UHGV virus genome: UHGV-0267411
Direction: 5' to 3' (one strand)
From: a virus
Length of the DNA: 42,217 nucleotides
Shown here: positions 17,509 through 26,471 of the stretch, in pieces
Position numbering within the stretch: the first letter of the stretch is position 1
Layout of the letters: each line of letters begins with the position of its first letter
Notes under the pieces: model-generated
Seen by the model: the letters and a program-made list of their open reading frames with translations, nothing else
Databases searched by the model: none
Told to the model about the DNA's origin: nothing
Translations under genes and position numbers: made by a program

Positions 17509-18201
17509 ATGCAAACAATCGAAAGAACTTTAACAAGTAATGAAGTAGCAGAAATGATTGGTAAAGACCACAGTAAATTGATTCGGGATATCCGAACTTA
17601 TATTGGATATTTAGCCGAAGCCAAAATTGGCTCGGGCGATTTCTTTATTGAGTCTTCTTACAAAGATGCGAACAATCAAGAACGACCAAATTACCTACTG
17701 ACTAAGCAAGGGTGCGAAATGGTATCTAACAAGCTTACTGGTGCTAAAGGTGTTCAATTTACAGCAAGGTATGTTAGCCGCTTCAACGAAATGGAATCAC
17801 ACATCAAGGAGCAAGCACTTAAGATTCCAGAAACACCAGAAGAAGCGCTGGAACTCATGTTTGAATTTCAAAAGGGCACAAAGGAAAAAGTTGCCAAAGT
17901 CGAGAGACGTGTTACTGATCTTGAAGAAAACACAGTTCTAAGTGCCGGCGACTACAGCTACATCACACGCCGTATCAATCAGCGAGTTGCAGAAGTCGCA
18001 CGGGGGTTCGGTAAAGTCACCAACAGCCAACGAGGAGAGCTGCATAAGGACATCAACTCGGGAGTCAAGAAAATCACAGGTGTGAGCACAAGAACTCAGC
18101 TACGGCAGAAACATTTTCAGACGGTACTTGATTACATCACAGATTGGGAACCAAGCACAGCGACAAAAACGATCGTTCGCCAAATGGATCTATTGGTTTA
18201 A
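17509..18201 (+). CDS. Antirepressor, Rha-family N-terminal domain plus ORF6C-like C-terminal domain
   Basis: 'LTSNEVAEMIGKDHSKLIRDIRTYIGYL' matches the Rha-family signature. C-terminal 'YSYITRRINQRVAEV' is ORF6C-like. RBS GGGGAGGAACAC. Confidence 0.75.
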   Translation: MQTIERTLTSNEVAEMIGKDHSKLIRDIRTYIGYLAEAKIGSGDFFIESSYKDANNQERPNYLLTKQGCEMVSNKLTGAKGVQFTARYVSRFNEMESHIKEQALKIPETPEEALELMFEFQKGTKEKVAKVERRVTDLEENTVLSAGDYSYITRRINQRVAEVARGFGKVTNSQRGELHKDINSGVKKITGVSTRTQLRQKHFQTVLDYITDWEPSTATKTIVRQMDLLV

Positions 18202-18231
18202 AAATAACCCCACACGGAAGGAGGGGCTAGG

Positions 18232-18378
18232 GTGAATCATTTTATCGCTTTAATGTTTTTGGTTGCTCTTCCAGGAATTGGAGTAATAACATTTTTAGTT
18301 TTGAACCTTATCTCTGACTTTGTTGGTGAATTCTTTAGGAAGTATAAAACTAAAAAGAGCGAGAAAAGCCAAAAATGA
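18232..18378 (+). CDS. Small hydrophobic peptide (48 aa) with lysine-rich tail; type I toxin-like / small membrane peptide
   Basis: GTG 18232 with strong RBS GGAAGGAGGGG 6 nt upstream. 'MNHFIALMFLVALPGIGVITFLVLNLISDFVGEFFRKYKTKKSEKSQK'. Its 3' end overlaps, antisense, the 3' end of the minus-strand gene 18295-18738. Confidence 0.35.
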   Translation: MNHFIALMFLVALPGIGVITFLVLNLISDFVGEFFRKYKTKKSEKSQK

Positions 18379-18738
18379 TGTCGCTACACTAAATTGTTCT
18401 GACGTTAGGCAAATTATCATTGGGATTATTAGACTTGCCGAAGTCGATATCTTAATCAAAATAAAGAAAATTTTATCCGATTTTTCTTCTTCATAGTCTG
18501 AGATTACGAGTATAGCGTGAACACCAATAATCAATGCCACAGAAATGATGAAGACAACTGAAAAAATTTTAAAAAATAAAAAATAGTCTATTGAGTTTAA
18601 ATTAGCCAATATACTGTCATCTAGAATATATCCATTTAAAAATTTCATAAGTTTAAAAAGTAAATCTAGACTGAATAATGTAACTGCTACAGTCGAGAAA
18701 ACAAAAAAAGAATAAGAAAACACCTTGCTAAATTTCAT
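18295..18738 (-). CDS. AT-rich opposite-strand moron: multi-pass membrane protein (147 aa); candidate abortive-infection/exclusion factor
   Basis: ATG 18738 (track start 18762 is TTG). Extended -10 TGGTATAAT on the minus strand just upstream. Local GC clearly lower than its surroundings. Four or more hydrophobic segments. Convergent with the small-peptide ORF. Confidence 0.5.
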   Translation of the reverse strand: MKFSKVFSYSFFVFSTVAVTLFSLDLLFKLMKFLNGYILDDSILANLNSIDYFLFFKIFSVVFIISVALIIGVHAILVISDYEEEKSDKIFFILIKISTSASLIIPMIICLTSEQFSVATSFLAFLALFSFILPKEFTNKVRDKVQN

Positions 18739-18783
18739 TTCAGCACCACCAGTTTTTAACAATTATACCAAAGGAGCAAACAC

Positions 18784-18903
18784 ATGGTAACAGAAATCAC
18801 TATCTCAATAAAAACAAATGAATCAAAAATGCAGCATACCGTCTCTACAAAAGAAGAAGCGCATGCTTTGATCGATCGGTATTTCAAGGAGGAAAAACTA
18901 TGA
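18784..18903 (+). CDS. Small ORF (39 aa), translationally coupled to the next gene
   Basis: RBS AAGGAG 7 nt upstream of ATG. Stop TGA overlaps ATG 18900 (ATGA). Below the ORF-track size cut-off. Confidence 0.3.
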   Translation: MVTEITISIKTNESKMQHTVSTKEEAHALIDRYFKEEKL

Positions 18904-19088
18904 TCAAGAAATTCTGCATCTGGTATCTAAGAATTACAGAAACACCAGTATTTCTCAATTTAGAAACGGTGGATGGCGACATCAACCTTGTCGCAAAGAA
19001 AGGACCGGTTTTCTTAAGCGCTGATACCGGACCATACGGAGTATTCCTTAAGTACAAGAGCAAAAGGAAGGTGAGACGGTATGACTAG
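18900..19088 (+). CDS. Hypothetical small protein (62 aa)
   Basis: RBS AAGGAGGAAAAACT. ATGA overlap with the upstream small ORF. Confidence 0.35.
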   Translation: MIKKFCIWYLRITETPVFLNLETVDGDINLVAKKGPVFLSADTGPYGVFLKYKSKRKVRRYD

Positions 19089-19212
19089 AGCTGAAGCGCT
19101 AAGTATCGGAAAAATCATTGCTGATCGTTGGTACAAGCATAACAAGCCGTTGATTCAATCAAGGCAGAATATCGAGAGGGTGAAAAAATGGCTAAGTACA
19201 GGTGGCATGTGA
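19081..19212 (+). CDS. Small ORF (43 aa), coupled between neighbours
   Basis: ATG 19081 preceded by GGTGAGACGG. Stop overlaps the start of ORF 19188. Below the size cut-off. Confidence 0.25.
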   Translation: MTRAEALSIGKIIADRWYKHNKPLIQSRQNIERVKKWLSTGGM

Positions 19213-19445
19213 CAGTAAAAGGAAGAGATGATGTTGAGCTAGTAAGACATTATAAATGGGTGACGAAACTTTACTGGTTTATAGCGAGAAGTCATCGTTT
19301 TCTAGGCGATAAAGAGCTAACGATTTATCGAAACGGCAGACCTTATGTTGATATACATTACAACGATGTAATCGCAAGACTAAGCATGAACAATAAGGAA
19401 GGGGAAGAACGCAAGTATTTGAAGACAATAAAAAAGACCGACTAG
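19188..19445 (+). CDS. Hypothetical protein (85 aa)
   Basis: RBS GAGAGGGTG upstream. Basic. No motif recognised. Confidence 0.4.
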   Translation: MAKYRWHVTVKGRDDVELVRHYKWVTKLYWFIARSHRFLGDKELTIYRNGRPYVDIHYNDVIARLSMNNKEGEERKYLKTIKKTD

Positions 19446-19518
19446 CCGGCAAGCTATAGTCAGTCAGATACGAAAAAATATTTATTTAAGTTTACCACAA
19501 ATCGAGAGGAGTGGGAAG

Positions 19519-19854
19519 ATGTCAGATTATATCGCAACAGATTACGATAACCTGCTGCAAGACGAAAGCAGCCGTGTGTTTCCGAATATACACCAGTTTA
19601 AGGGTTTTGATGAATACAAAGAAGAACGCATCATGACAAGCTACAAACCTCGTGTAGTCAACGCTGACGATGAATTGTTTATCGTTTTTGTGAAGCACAA
19701 TCCAGGGGCAATCATCTTTTCATTGGATGAGGTTTACCAAAAAACAAAACAATACCTAGTCCACGCTGAAGACATCTGCGAATTCATATTTGATGAAAAA
19801 GACAAAGATTTGGTTTGGATTGCCGAACCAGTCTTAGGGAAGGATTTGATTTAA
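19519..19854 (+). CDS. Hypothetical protein (111 aa)
   Basis: RBS GAGAGGAGTGGG. Stop TAA overlaps the ERF ATG (TAATG). Confidence 0.45.
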   Translation: MSDYIATDYDNLLQDESSRVFPNIHQFKGFDEYKEERIMTSYKPRVVNADDELFIVFVKHNPGAIIFSLDEVYQKTKQYLVHAEDICEFIFDEKDKDLVWIAEPVLGKDLI

Positions 19855-20537
19855 TGGCAGAGAAAAATATTATTCAGAAATTAATCACTCTCAGAAAAAA
19901 GATTCCGTATATCAAAAAGGAACAAAAACAGTATATGAAATTTGCTGTTGTAAGCTCTGAAACGGTTTTAACGGAATTTAACCGTCATATGAATAGTTTA
20001 AACCTCTATTTGAAAACCGAAGTTCTTCATAAAGAAATCGAACGACAAAAAATAGGGGTAAATGAAAAAACGAAAAAAGATATTTTCAACTATTTAGTGA
20101 CATTGGACATGAGATATACATGGATCAACGCTGATAATCCTTCAGAAAAAGAAGAAATTTTGTTTGCTGCTATGGCGGATGATGAGAATGCTTCATACGC
20201 ATACGGTCAAGCACTAACTTATGCCGAAAAAACATTCTTTCTTAAAGAATTTAACATTCCGACTGATGAAGTTGATCCAGATGTTTTTCAAAAAGAAATT
20301 CTTAAACGCATTCCGGCAGAACCAGAGCAGAAAGAAGCGATTGAAATTCAGTTACAAAAACTACATGACTTGAAAGGCCAGCCGAAAGAAGCCTTTTTCG
20401 AACAAGCGAAGATGTCAAATGGGATCTCTCAAGCTAAAGCACTTGATGATTTCAGCGGCTATGATTTCGGTTTGGTTATGAACACTTTGACTAAATGGGT
20501 CAACGGGTATGAAAAAGAAGCCAAAAAGAAGAAGTGA
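19854..20537 (+). CDS. erf: ERF-family single-strand annealing protein (recombinase)
   Basis: Start ATG 19854 (track start 19815 is TTG). N-terminal 'NIIQKLITLRKKIPYIKKEQ' and 'ASYAYGQALTYAEKTFFLKEFNIPTD' parallel P22 Erf ('SSYARKYCLNGLFGIDD'). Lysine-rich C-terminus. Confidence 0.7.
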   Translation: MAEKNIIQKLITLRKKIPYIKKEQKQYMKFAVVSSETVLTEFNRHMNSLNLYLKTEVLHKEIERQKIGVNEKTKKDIFNYLVTLDMRYTWINADNPSEKEEILFAAMADDENASYAYGQALTYAEKTFFLKEFNIPTDEVDPDVFQKEILKRIPAEPEQKEAIEIQLQKLHDLKGQPKEAFFEQAKMSNGISQAKALDDFSGYDFGLVMNTLTKWVNGYEKEAKKKK

Positions 20538-20542
20538 TGTAA

Positions 20543-21220
20543 ATGAACAACCTTTCGTATCTAGCAAAAATAACAAACGTTGATGGAGACAAAGTCACAT
20601 TGCAGCTCAAAGAGTCGCTAAACATCGAACGACTCAAAACAATATTTGATGGATATGACGGCGAGAGACAAGCTGAAATATTCATCAAAGACCCACGAGG
20701 GTTCACAGTCGAACAGAGACGCTTCACATTCGCTTTAATGCAAGACATATACATTTATACTGGCGAACCATTAGAGAGCCTTAAAGACGTGTTCTATTGG
20801 CAATTTCGATACTTCACAGGGAAGAACATCAGCTTGTCGAATCAATCGGAGAACACAGTCGATGAAGTTTCAACATTAGATGAATTGATACTAGATTTTA
20901 TCTTCGCAAATGACATTCCGTTTCGTGAAGGGTATGAGATACCGCCACAAAATGAACAGTACTTTTTCTATAAATGTGTGATGAATCGAACCTGCTGCAT
21001 TTGCGGTAAAAAGAACAGTGACATCGATCACTTTGACAAAGCCTTGGGAAGACGAAAGCGGAAAGAAGTAGATCACACAGAATTTACTTTTGCAGCACTT
21101 TGCAGAACCCATCATACCGAGAAGCACCAAATAGGAATTACAGAGTTTAAGAACAAGTATCACGTTATCGGGATCAAATTGAATCAAGACGAGATAAAGA
21201 AGTTAAAGATTGGGGGATAA
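20543..21220 (+). CDS. HNH-type nuclease-domain protein (DUF968-like), recombination module
   Basis: C-terminal 'CCICGKKNSDIDHFD...HTEFTFAALCRTHHTEKH' gives a Cys/His HNH pattern. Lies next to the ERF recombinase. Confidence 0.5.
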   Translation: MNNLSYLAKITNVDGDKVTLQLKESLNIERLKTIFDGYDGERQAEIFIKDPRGFTVEQRRFTFALMQDIYIYTGEPLESLKDVFYWQFRYFTGKNISLSNQSENTVDEVSTLDELILDFIFANDIPFREGYEIPPQNEQYFFYKCVMNRTCCICGKKNSDIDHFDKALGRRKRKEVDHTEFTFAALCRTHHTEKHQIGITEFKNKYHVIGIKLNQDEIKKLKIGG

Positions 21221-21222
21221 CC

Positions 21223-21717
21223 GTGAGAACGATTAATGACAATTACAAACGTTTAAAAGAATCAACAAGCGAACTAAAAGCCCTTAGAGAGACGTTTATC
21301 AGGCAAGAGAAAAAGCTGTTGCAAGAAATTGAATTACAAGAAAAATATATCGAGGAATTTAGCAAGCATGATGAAAAAACAGCTGTTGGAATGCAACTGG
21401 TGATTTGCAGAAAGTACGAAGATTGGGGAAAAGAGTTTAAGGATCTATTGAATTTTGCTATCAGCAAGATTAAAAGCGGATATCTGCCAGAGTTGCTTTC
21501 TAGAGGAGAAGTTTTTGGATATTGGCACAACAGCGGGTTTCAATCAGGAAACTCTAGGCTAATTGGAAGATATATGGGAGAAACCTACGGAAACGAGCGG
21601 GCACAAATTAGATTCGCTGATGAAATGTATGAAGATGGTTATGAACTTACAACTCAAGATACTTTAGCAATATTATCTTACTTGACTCATTTGTTGTCCG
21701 ATTCAAAGGAGGGATAA
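21223..21717 (+). CDS. Hypothetical protein (164 aa)
   Basis: GTG start with RBS GGGGGA 5 nt upstream. No motif recognised. Confidence 0.4.
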   Translation: MRTINDNYKRLKESTSELKALRETFIRQEKKLLQEIELQEKYIEEFSKHDEKTAVGMQLVICRKYEDWGKEFKDLLNFAISKIKSGYLPELLSRGEVFGYWHNSGFQSGNSRLIGRYMGETYGNERAQIRFADEMYEDGYELTTQDTLAILSYLTHLLSDSKEG

Positions 21718-21718
21718 A

Positions 21719-22495
21719 GTGTCTGATAAGCAAAAAAAACGATATTACTGGCTCAAACTTAAAGAGAATTTTTTTGAGGAAGACACAATCGAGTGGTTAG
21801 AAGAACAACCGAACGGCAAAGAGTACTGTCTGTTTTATTTGAAACTTTGCCTTAAATCATTGAAGACTGAGGGAATGCTTGTCAGAAACGTTGGCAATAT
21901 GATGATCCCTTATGATCCAGAGTCATTGGCCAAGCTAACAAATTCTAGCACCGACACCGTAAAAGTAGCAATGGATCTATTCCACAAAATCGGACTGATA
22001 CAAATTATGGACGGCGGAGAAATTTATCTTAGTCAGCTTAACGAATTAGTTGGATCAGAAACTGAATACGCTATTCAAAAAAGACTTCAAAGAGCAAAGG
22101 AGGACAATGTCCAGAAATTGTCTGGAAAATGTCGCCTAGAGAAAGAGTTAGAGAAAGAGAAAGAGTTAGAGAAAGAGTTAGAACTAGAACAAGAAGTTAG
22201 TATTAATCCTTTTGATATCTATCAAGAATGCTTCGGGGTCTTAAATCCGCTTAACTCAGAAGATATATCTATGTGGGTTGAAGACATTGGCGTTGAAATG
22301 GTTGCAGCTGCTATGAAAAAAGCAGCGATTGACAATAAACCTTATTCGTATGCTGTGGGTATTATGCGTAATTGGTCCAAAAACAATATCAATACCCTAA
22401 AAGATGTCGAAGCGAATGAGGTTAGGTTTAAAAACAAATCTGTTGGCAAGCTTGAAAATACAGGATCTAGCGAATATGACGATTTAGGATGGTGA
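21719..22495 (+). CDS. Replisome organiser (phage_rep_org_N domain plus DnaD-like C-terminal domain)
   Basis: 'KRYYWLKLKENFFEEDTIEWLEEQPNGKEYCLFYLKLCLKSL' is the typical N-terminus. C-terminal 'YAVGIMRNWSKNNINTLKDVEA' is DnaD-like. Internal (KELE)n repeats are encoded by the DNA iterons at 22137-22200. Confidence 0.8.
   Translation: MSDKQKKRYYWLKLKENFFEEDTIEWLEEQPNGKEYCLFYLKLCLKSLKTEGMLVRNVGNMMIPYDPESLAKLTNSSTDTVKVAMDLFHKIGLIQIMDGGEIYLSQLNELVGSETEYAIQKRLQRAKEDNVQKLSGKCRLEKELEKEKELEKELELEQEVSINPFDIYQECFGVLNPLNSEDISMWVEDIGVEMVAAAMKKAAIDNKPYSYAVGIMRNWSKNNINTLKDVEANEVRFKNKSVGKLENTGSSEYDDLGW
22111..22200 (+). repeat. Candidate origin of replication: inverted repeat plus tandem 12-nt iterons inside the replisome-organiser gene
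   Basis: CCAGAaattgTCTGG inverted repeat at 22111-22125. About four and a half tandem copies of TAGAGAAAGAGT(TA) at 22137-22200 (one copy carries an extra GAGAAA, the last copies are degenerate). Confidence 0.45.
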
Positions 22496-22499
22496 TTCA

Positions 22500-23342
22500 T
22501 TGGAAAGCGTAGCAGTAGGTATTTCAAGACTTATAGAGCAAACGCTAGAAGTCAGAGGAGTTTGTCCTGAGTGTAACGGCGCTCTGTACGGTTGGAAAAC
22601 GAAAAATAGAGACGGTTCAGATAGATGTGCACCTACTTGCATGGTGTGTGGATATTATGCCTTAAAACTAAAAGTAGATGCAGATACGAACAAGCGATAC
22701 GAAACCAGTCTGAAAAAGAAGAATCACGATTTATTCAAGTATAGATCAGTGATTACTGATTATGCCTTGTTTGACAAGTCTTTAGATAACTACCAGACCA
22801 AAGAAGAAGAAACTGCAGTGGCTATGACTTATGCAGTGGACTTTATCAAAGAGGTTTTGAATGGAAACCCTACGCATATGATTTTATCAGGAAAATCTGG
22901 AGTTGGTAAAAGCCATCTGTGCATGGCGGTTTGTTGGGCGATACTGCAAGAAAGCCAATACTCAAAGAAAGTATTGTTTGTCAATTACAGAGAGTTGTTG
23001 GAAAGGCGCAAGGCTTCTTTTAACGATCAATCTGAGTCGAAAAATCAAATAGCCCTTTTACAAGATATCAAAACAGTAGACTTCGTGGTTATTGATGATT
23101 TGGGAGCAGAGCTTGGTGGTAACAACATAAAAGATAGCACCAGCTTTAACAACGACATCTTGTATTCAATTTTAGAAGCAAGGCAAAATAAAGCATTAAT
23201 GGTAAACACGAATTTAACATCGGATGAAATTAAAAAGGCGTACGGTGAGCGAATATTGTCAAGAATATCAAAAAATTCAAAGCGGCATAACATTCAATTT
23301 GCTAGAACTACTGACAAACGGATAAGAGGTGTGGATCAATGA
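22500..23342 (+). CDS. DnaC/IstB-like helicase loader ATPase with N-terminal Cys-cluster
   Basis: TTG start after AGGATGG. Walker A 'SGKSGVGKSHL', Walker B 'VVIDDLG'. N-terminal 'CPECNG...CAPTCMVCGY'. Follows the replisome organiser. Confidence 0.75.
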   Translation: MESVAVGISRLIEQTLEVRGVCPECNGALYGWKTKNRDGSDRCAPTCMVCGYYALKLKVDADTNKRYETSLKKKNHDLFKYRSVITDYALFDKSLDNYQTKEEETAVAMTYAVDFIKEVLNGNPTHMILSGKSGVGKSHLCMAVCWAILQESQYSKKVLFVNYRELLERRKASFNDQSESKNQIALLQDIKTVDFVVIDDLGAELGGNNIKDSTSFNNDILYSILEARQNKALMVNTNLTSDEIKKAYGERILSRISKNSKRHNIQFARTTDKRIRGVDQ

Positions 23343-23539
23343 CTGGAGCATTAATACAAGAACATGTGATCTGTCTTGACGGATGGAGATTTGATTTCCC
23401 TAAACATACGGTAGCCAGAGCCGTAGCGTTGCTAGATAAGGGAGTTAAGCCAACGGAAGTAGCCAAGACTCTAAGACTAACAGAAAAGGATATAGCGGTC
23501 ATAACTCTGGATCACTTGGACAAACGAAATGCGCTATAA
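23339..23539 (+). CDS. Small HTH-like protein (66 aa)
   Basis: 'GVKPTEVAKTLRLTEKDIAV' is HTH-like. 4-nt overlap with the upstream gene. Confidence 0.35.
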   Translation: MTGALIQEHVICLDGWRFDFPKHTVARAVALLDKGVKPTEVAKTLRLTEKDIAVITLDHLDKRNAL

Positions 23540-23942
23540 GGACGTTAGCACAGGCAAAGAATTTCAAGAATATTTGAAAGAGCATGAAATGGTGCCAAGT
23601 TGTATTTCGGAAAAATATCTTGAATGTGTACGGCGTTCGCAACAGACGATAACCAATTTGATCAACTTAACCGACTTAGAAAGGCGGTATTACGAAAGTA
23701 TGGGAATAGATTTGGGAAAGGAGCTTAGAAATTGGGAAGCTCATAGAAAAGCCTATATTCAAGTTGCGTTATCTCAGTGCGAATTTAAGAAAAACATTCA
23801 TAATCTGGCAGGATGGATGAGCGCAAACGAAGCGTATAAGAAAACGATGATCGAATATGATTTGGCGCCAATTCTGGTTGAATACAAACCTTTGGACCCA
23901 GAGCATTGCAAACGATACTTGAAAGCGAGGGGAATGTTCTGA
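23529..23942 (+). CDS. Hypothetical protein (137 aa)
   Basis: Overlapping start with the upstream gene. No motif recognised. Confidence 0.4.
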   Translation: MRYKDVSTGKEFQEYLKEHEMVPSCISEKYLECVRRSQQTITNLINLTDLERRYYESMGIDLGKELRNWEAHRKAYIQVALSQCEFKKNIHNLAGWMSANEAYKKTMIEYDLAPILVEYKPLDPEHCKRYLKARGMF

Positions 23943-24307
23943 TTATTACGATACCAGGAGAGTTAACAGACCTTAATAGTTATATTAAAGCAACGAACGG
24001 CAACAGGTTGGCTGGTAATAAAGTAAAGCAGGCTGATACAAATTTAATAATGTATCGATTTTTGGAAGCAAAAGCAGCGGGACTTAGAATTCAAACACCA
24101 ATAAAAATTCATTTTAAATGGTTTTGTAAAAACAAACGTAAGGATCCAGACAACGTGGCTTTTGCTAAAAAGGCAATTTTGGACGGTATGCAAAAAGCGG
24201 GCGTTATCCAAAATGACGGGTGGAACGAGATAAGAGGCTTTATAGATGATTTCGAAATTGACAAGGATTACCCAAGAATTGAAATCGAGATATTGGAGGT
24301 AGAGTAA
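23906..24307 (+). CDS. rusA: RusA-like Holliday-junction resolvase
   Basis: 'KRKDPDNVAFAKKAILDGMQKAGVIQNDGWNEI' matches the RusA catalytic Asp region. Start uncertain: the track start is TTG and overlaps the upstream gene by 37 nt. Confidence 0.6.
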   Translation: MQTILESEGNVLIITIPGELTDLNSYIKATNGNRLAGNKVKQADTNLIMYRFLEAKAAGLRIQTPIKIHFKWFCKNKRKDPDNVAFAKKAILDGMQKAGVIQNDGWNEIRGFIDDFEIDKDYPRIEIEILEVE

Positions 24308-24669
24308 TGGAATTCAAAAAGTACGAGGAAAAAGCTAGGTATTACGAACTACTGACAAGGCAATATAGGGAATGCGAAGATTTCTTGCAAGCTTTGAAAT
24401 TTGATAATAAAGAACCAACTGATTATTCAGAAATCAAAACAAACAGCTTTAAAAATTGCGATGAAATGGTGATTTCCACGCCAGCAAGACTTGAGAATGA
24501 AATATCGAGGTCGTCACTGATTTATAAAGTTAATCTTTCAAAAGATTTGGGAATGGATTTAACCAACGCAGAATTAACCATCTGGTTAATAAAAGAAGTA
24601 GAACAAAGAATGCGTGTAATAGAAGATGAATTAGGGCAAGTATTTTGTGAAATGGAGGAAGCAAAATGA
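24307..24669 (+). CDS. Hypothetical protein (120 aa)
   Basis: ATG overlaps the upstream stop (TAATG). Acidic. No motif recognised. Confidence 0.4.
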   Translation: MEFKKYEEKARYYELLTRQYRECEDFLQALKFDNKEPTDYSEIKTNSFKNCDEMVISTPARLENEISRSSLIYKVNLSKDLGMDLTNAELTIWLIKEVEQRMRVIEDELGQVFCEMEEAK

Positions 24670-25136
24670 TAAATAATTTAACTTTGGTCGGAAGACTAAC
24701 GAAAGATCCAGATTTGAAATACACAGGCAACGGAACTGCAGTTGCCACCTTCACATTAGCTGTGAATCGCAACTTTACGAATCAGAGCGGAGAGCGAGAA
24801 GCGGATTTTATCAATTGTGTTATTTGGAGAAAGCCAGCTGAAACATTAGCAAACTATGCGAAAAAAGGTGCGTTGATTGGAGTAACGGGGCGGATTCAAA
24901 CTCGTTCTTACGATAACCAACAAGGACAAAAAGTTTATGTCACCGAAGTGATTGCGGACAACTTCCAGTTGTTAGAAAGCAAGAAAGCCGATTCTAGCCA
25001 AAATACGCAAGATGGTGGCGTTTCAAATAGTCAAACGACTAATAATGCCAACGCTCAACAAAACCGCAACAACGTTCAATCAGACCCATTCAGCAATTCA
25101 TCGATCGATATTGATGATAATTCTTTACCGTTTTGA
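24666..25136 (+). CDS. ssb: Single-stranded DNA-binding protein
   Basis: N-terminal OB-fold '[31 protein letters not shown]'. Gln/Asn-rich linker. Acidic C-terminal tip 'DIDDNSLPF'. Confidence 0.85.
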   Translation: MINNLTLVGRLTKDPDLKYTGNGTAVATFTLAVNRNFTNQSGEREADFINCVIWRKPAETLANYAKKGALIGVTGRIQTRSYDNQQGQKVYVTEVIADNFQLLESKKADSSQNTQDGGVSNSQTTNNANAQQNRNNVQSDPFSNSSIDIDDNSLPF

Positions 25137-25286
25137 GAGGTGAGCAGATGACACCAACACAAATCCAAATCAGAAACATGTCAGATAAGGACCTAGTATA
25201 GAGAAAGAAAGTGATCGACAGCCATGTCGAGAGATTGCTCAAGCAACAAGAATGGCTAGCTGAAGAAATGGAACGGAGGAGCAAAG

Positions 25287-25898
25287 ATGAACAAACAAGA
25301 ATTGACTGAGATGGTTAATAACGCAGAAGTTGCAGCACAGACGGAAATTAATTTAATTCGAAGATACAAGGACGAAGATAGCGATTATCAAAGAGGACGA
25401 AGGAATGCCTATAGAGATGTTGCTACTTGGATTAAAGATCTGGACAAGGTGCAGAAAGTGGTAGTAAAGAAATTTGTTGCGGAATGGTTCGAAGAACACA
25501 AAAACAGTTTAAATGATTCTCTCTGGGATTTAACTATTCAAACCAATGAAAACAGTCAGAACAAGGATAAAAAACTAACGGCTTTCGAAAAATGGTTTAT
25601 AGATTTTGATTACTCGTACGAGTATCTTATTCGAATGAAAAATGGTTATGAAGTCGAAAAACTTCCCGTTTTCCCTTTATCTCAAGGCGATTTAGTTATT
25701 AGAAAAGGCAAGCACGAAGCGAAAATTTATATTGTTGAATCAGTTAGTGAGAGTGGTGTGCTTCTTGTGAATGGGATAAAAGACGAATTTTATTCAGTGG
25801 ATGATGAAGGTGGTCCTGACAATGACCTCGACTATTTTTATTCTAATTTTAGATTATTAGCCAAAAAAGAGTCGCTAGAAGTGGAGGAAGTCAAATGA
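25287..25898 (+). CDS. Hypothetical phage protein (203 aa)
   Basis: Strong RBS GGAGGAG 7 nt upstream. No catalytic motif recognised. Confidence 0.45.
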   Translation: MNKQELTEMVNNAEVAAQTEINLIRRYKDEDSDYQRGRRNAYRDVATWIKDLDKVQKVVVKKFVAEWFEEHKNSLNDSLWDLTIQTNENSQNKDKKLTAFEKWFIDFDYSYEYLIRMKNGYEVEKLPVFPLSQGDLVIRKGKHEAKIYIVESVSESGVLLVNGIKDEFYSVDDEGGPDNDLDYFYSNFRLLAKKESLEVEEVK

Positions 25899-26128
25899 AA
25901 CTAGCAGACACAGTAACAGGCGTGCAAGACGGTAAGTATAGCCCACCGCCACGAGTAGTCAGAAAGCAACGTAGAGTAAAAGCAGGCATCGAGTATTGGT
26001 GCGTGACAGAACGTTTTAAAACACCTTTCAAAGCAGTGTGTGTCAAAGTGCTTGAGAACTCAGCTATTGTGACGTTTGGCAGCGATCGGACAGTAGTCAA
26101 ATTGCGAAATATGAAGAGGGTGGAATGA
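25895..26128 (+). CDS. Hypothetical protein (77 aa)
   Basis: RBS GGAGGAAG. 4-nt overlap with the upstream gene. Confidence 0.4.
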   Translation: MKLADTVTGVQDGKYSPPPRVVRKQRRVKAGIEYWCVTERFKTPFKAVCVKVLENSAIVTFGSDRTVVKLRNMKRVE

Positions 26129-26439
26129 TGGCTAACAAAGAAGATTTATATCGGTTGGAAAAGCTAGTTAATACGCCAGGTGCTGATGAAGACGAAATCA
26201 GAGTTTTGAGAAAGGCTTTGTGGGGAAAGAGTTACGATCGACCAAAGCAAAATAGATACAACTCAACACCTGTCAGATTTACTTTTCCAGATGGTGAAGT
26301 CAAAGAATTCAGCACACAGCGTGAAGCCGCAGAGATGTCAGGGCTGAACAAATGGACTTTGGATAGAGCATGCAGATTGCAGATACCTTTGAAGAAAGGC
26401 AATTTTGCAGGTGCAACGGTCGAGATATTGAGTCAGTAA
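26125..26439 (+). CDS. Small DNA-binding protein with NUMOD1-like HTH (no nuclease domain)
   Basis: 'EFSTQREAAEMSGLNKWTLDRACR' resembles the NUMOD1 HTH modules of homing endonucleases. Confidence 0.35.
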   Translation: MMANKEDLYRLEKLVNTPGADEDEIRVLRKALWGKSYDRPKQNRYNSTPVRFTFPDGEVKEFSTQREAAEMSGLNKWTLDRACRLQIPLKKGNFAGATVEILSQ

Positions 26440-26471
26440 TCGGAAGAAATACACAACTAGGAGGAAACATT

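Noticed and set aside
25148-25309. Two tiny ORFs in the SSB-25287 intergenic region (17 aa with a good RBS; 32 aa from GTG)
   Set aside because: Too short and without supporting features. May be leader peptides. Not called.
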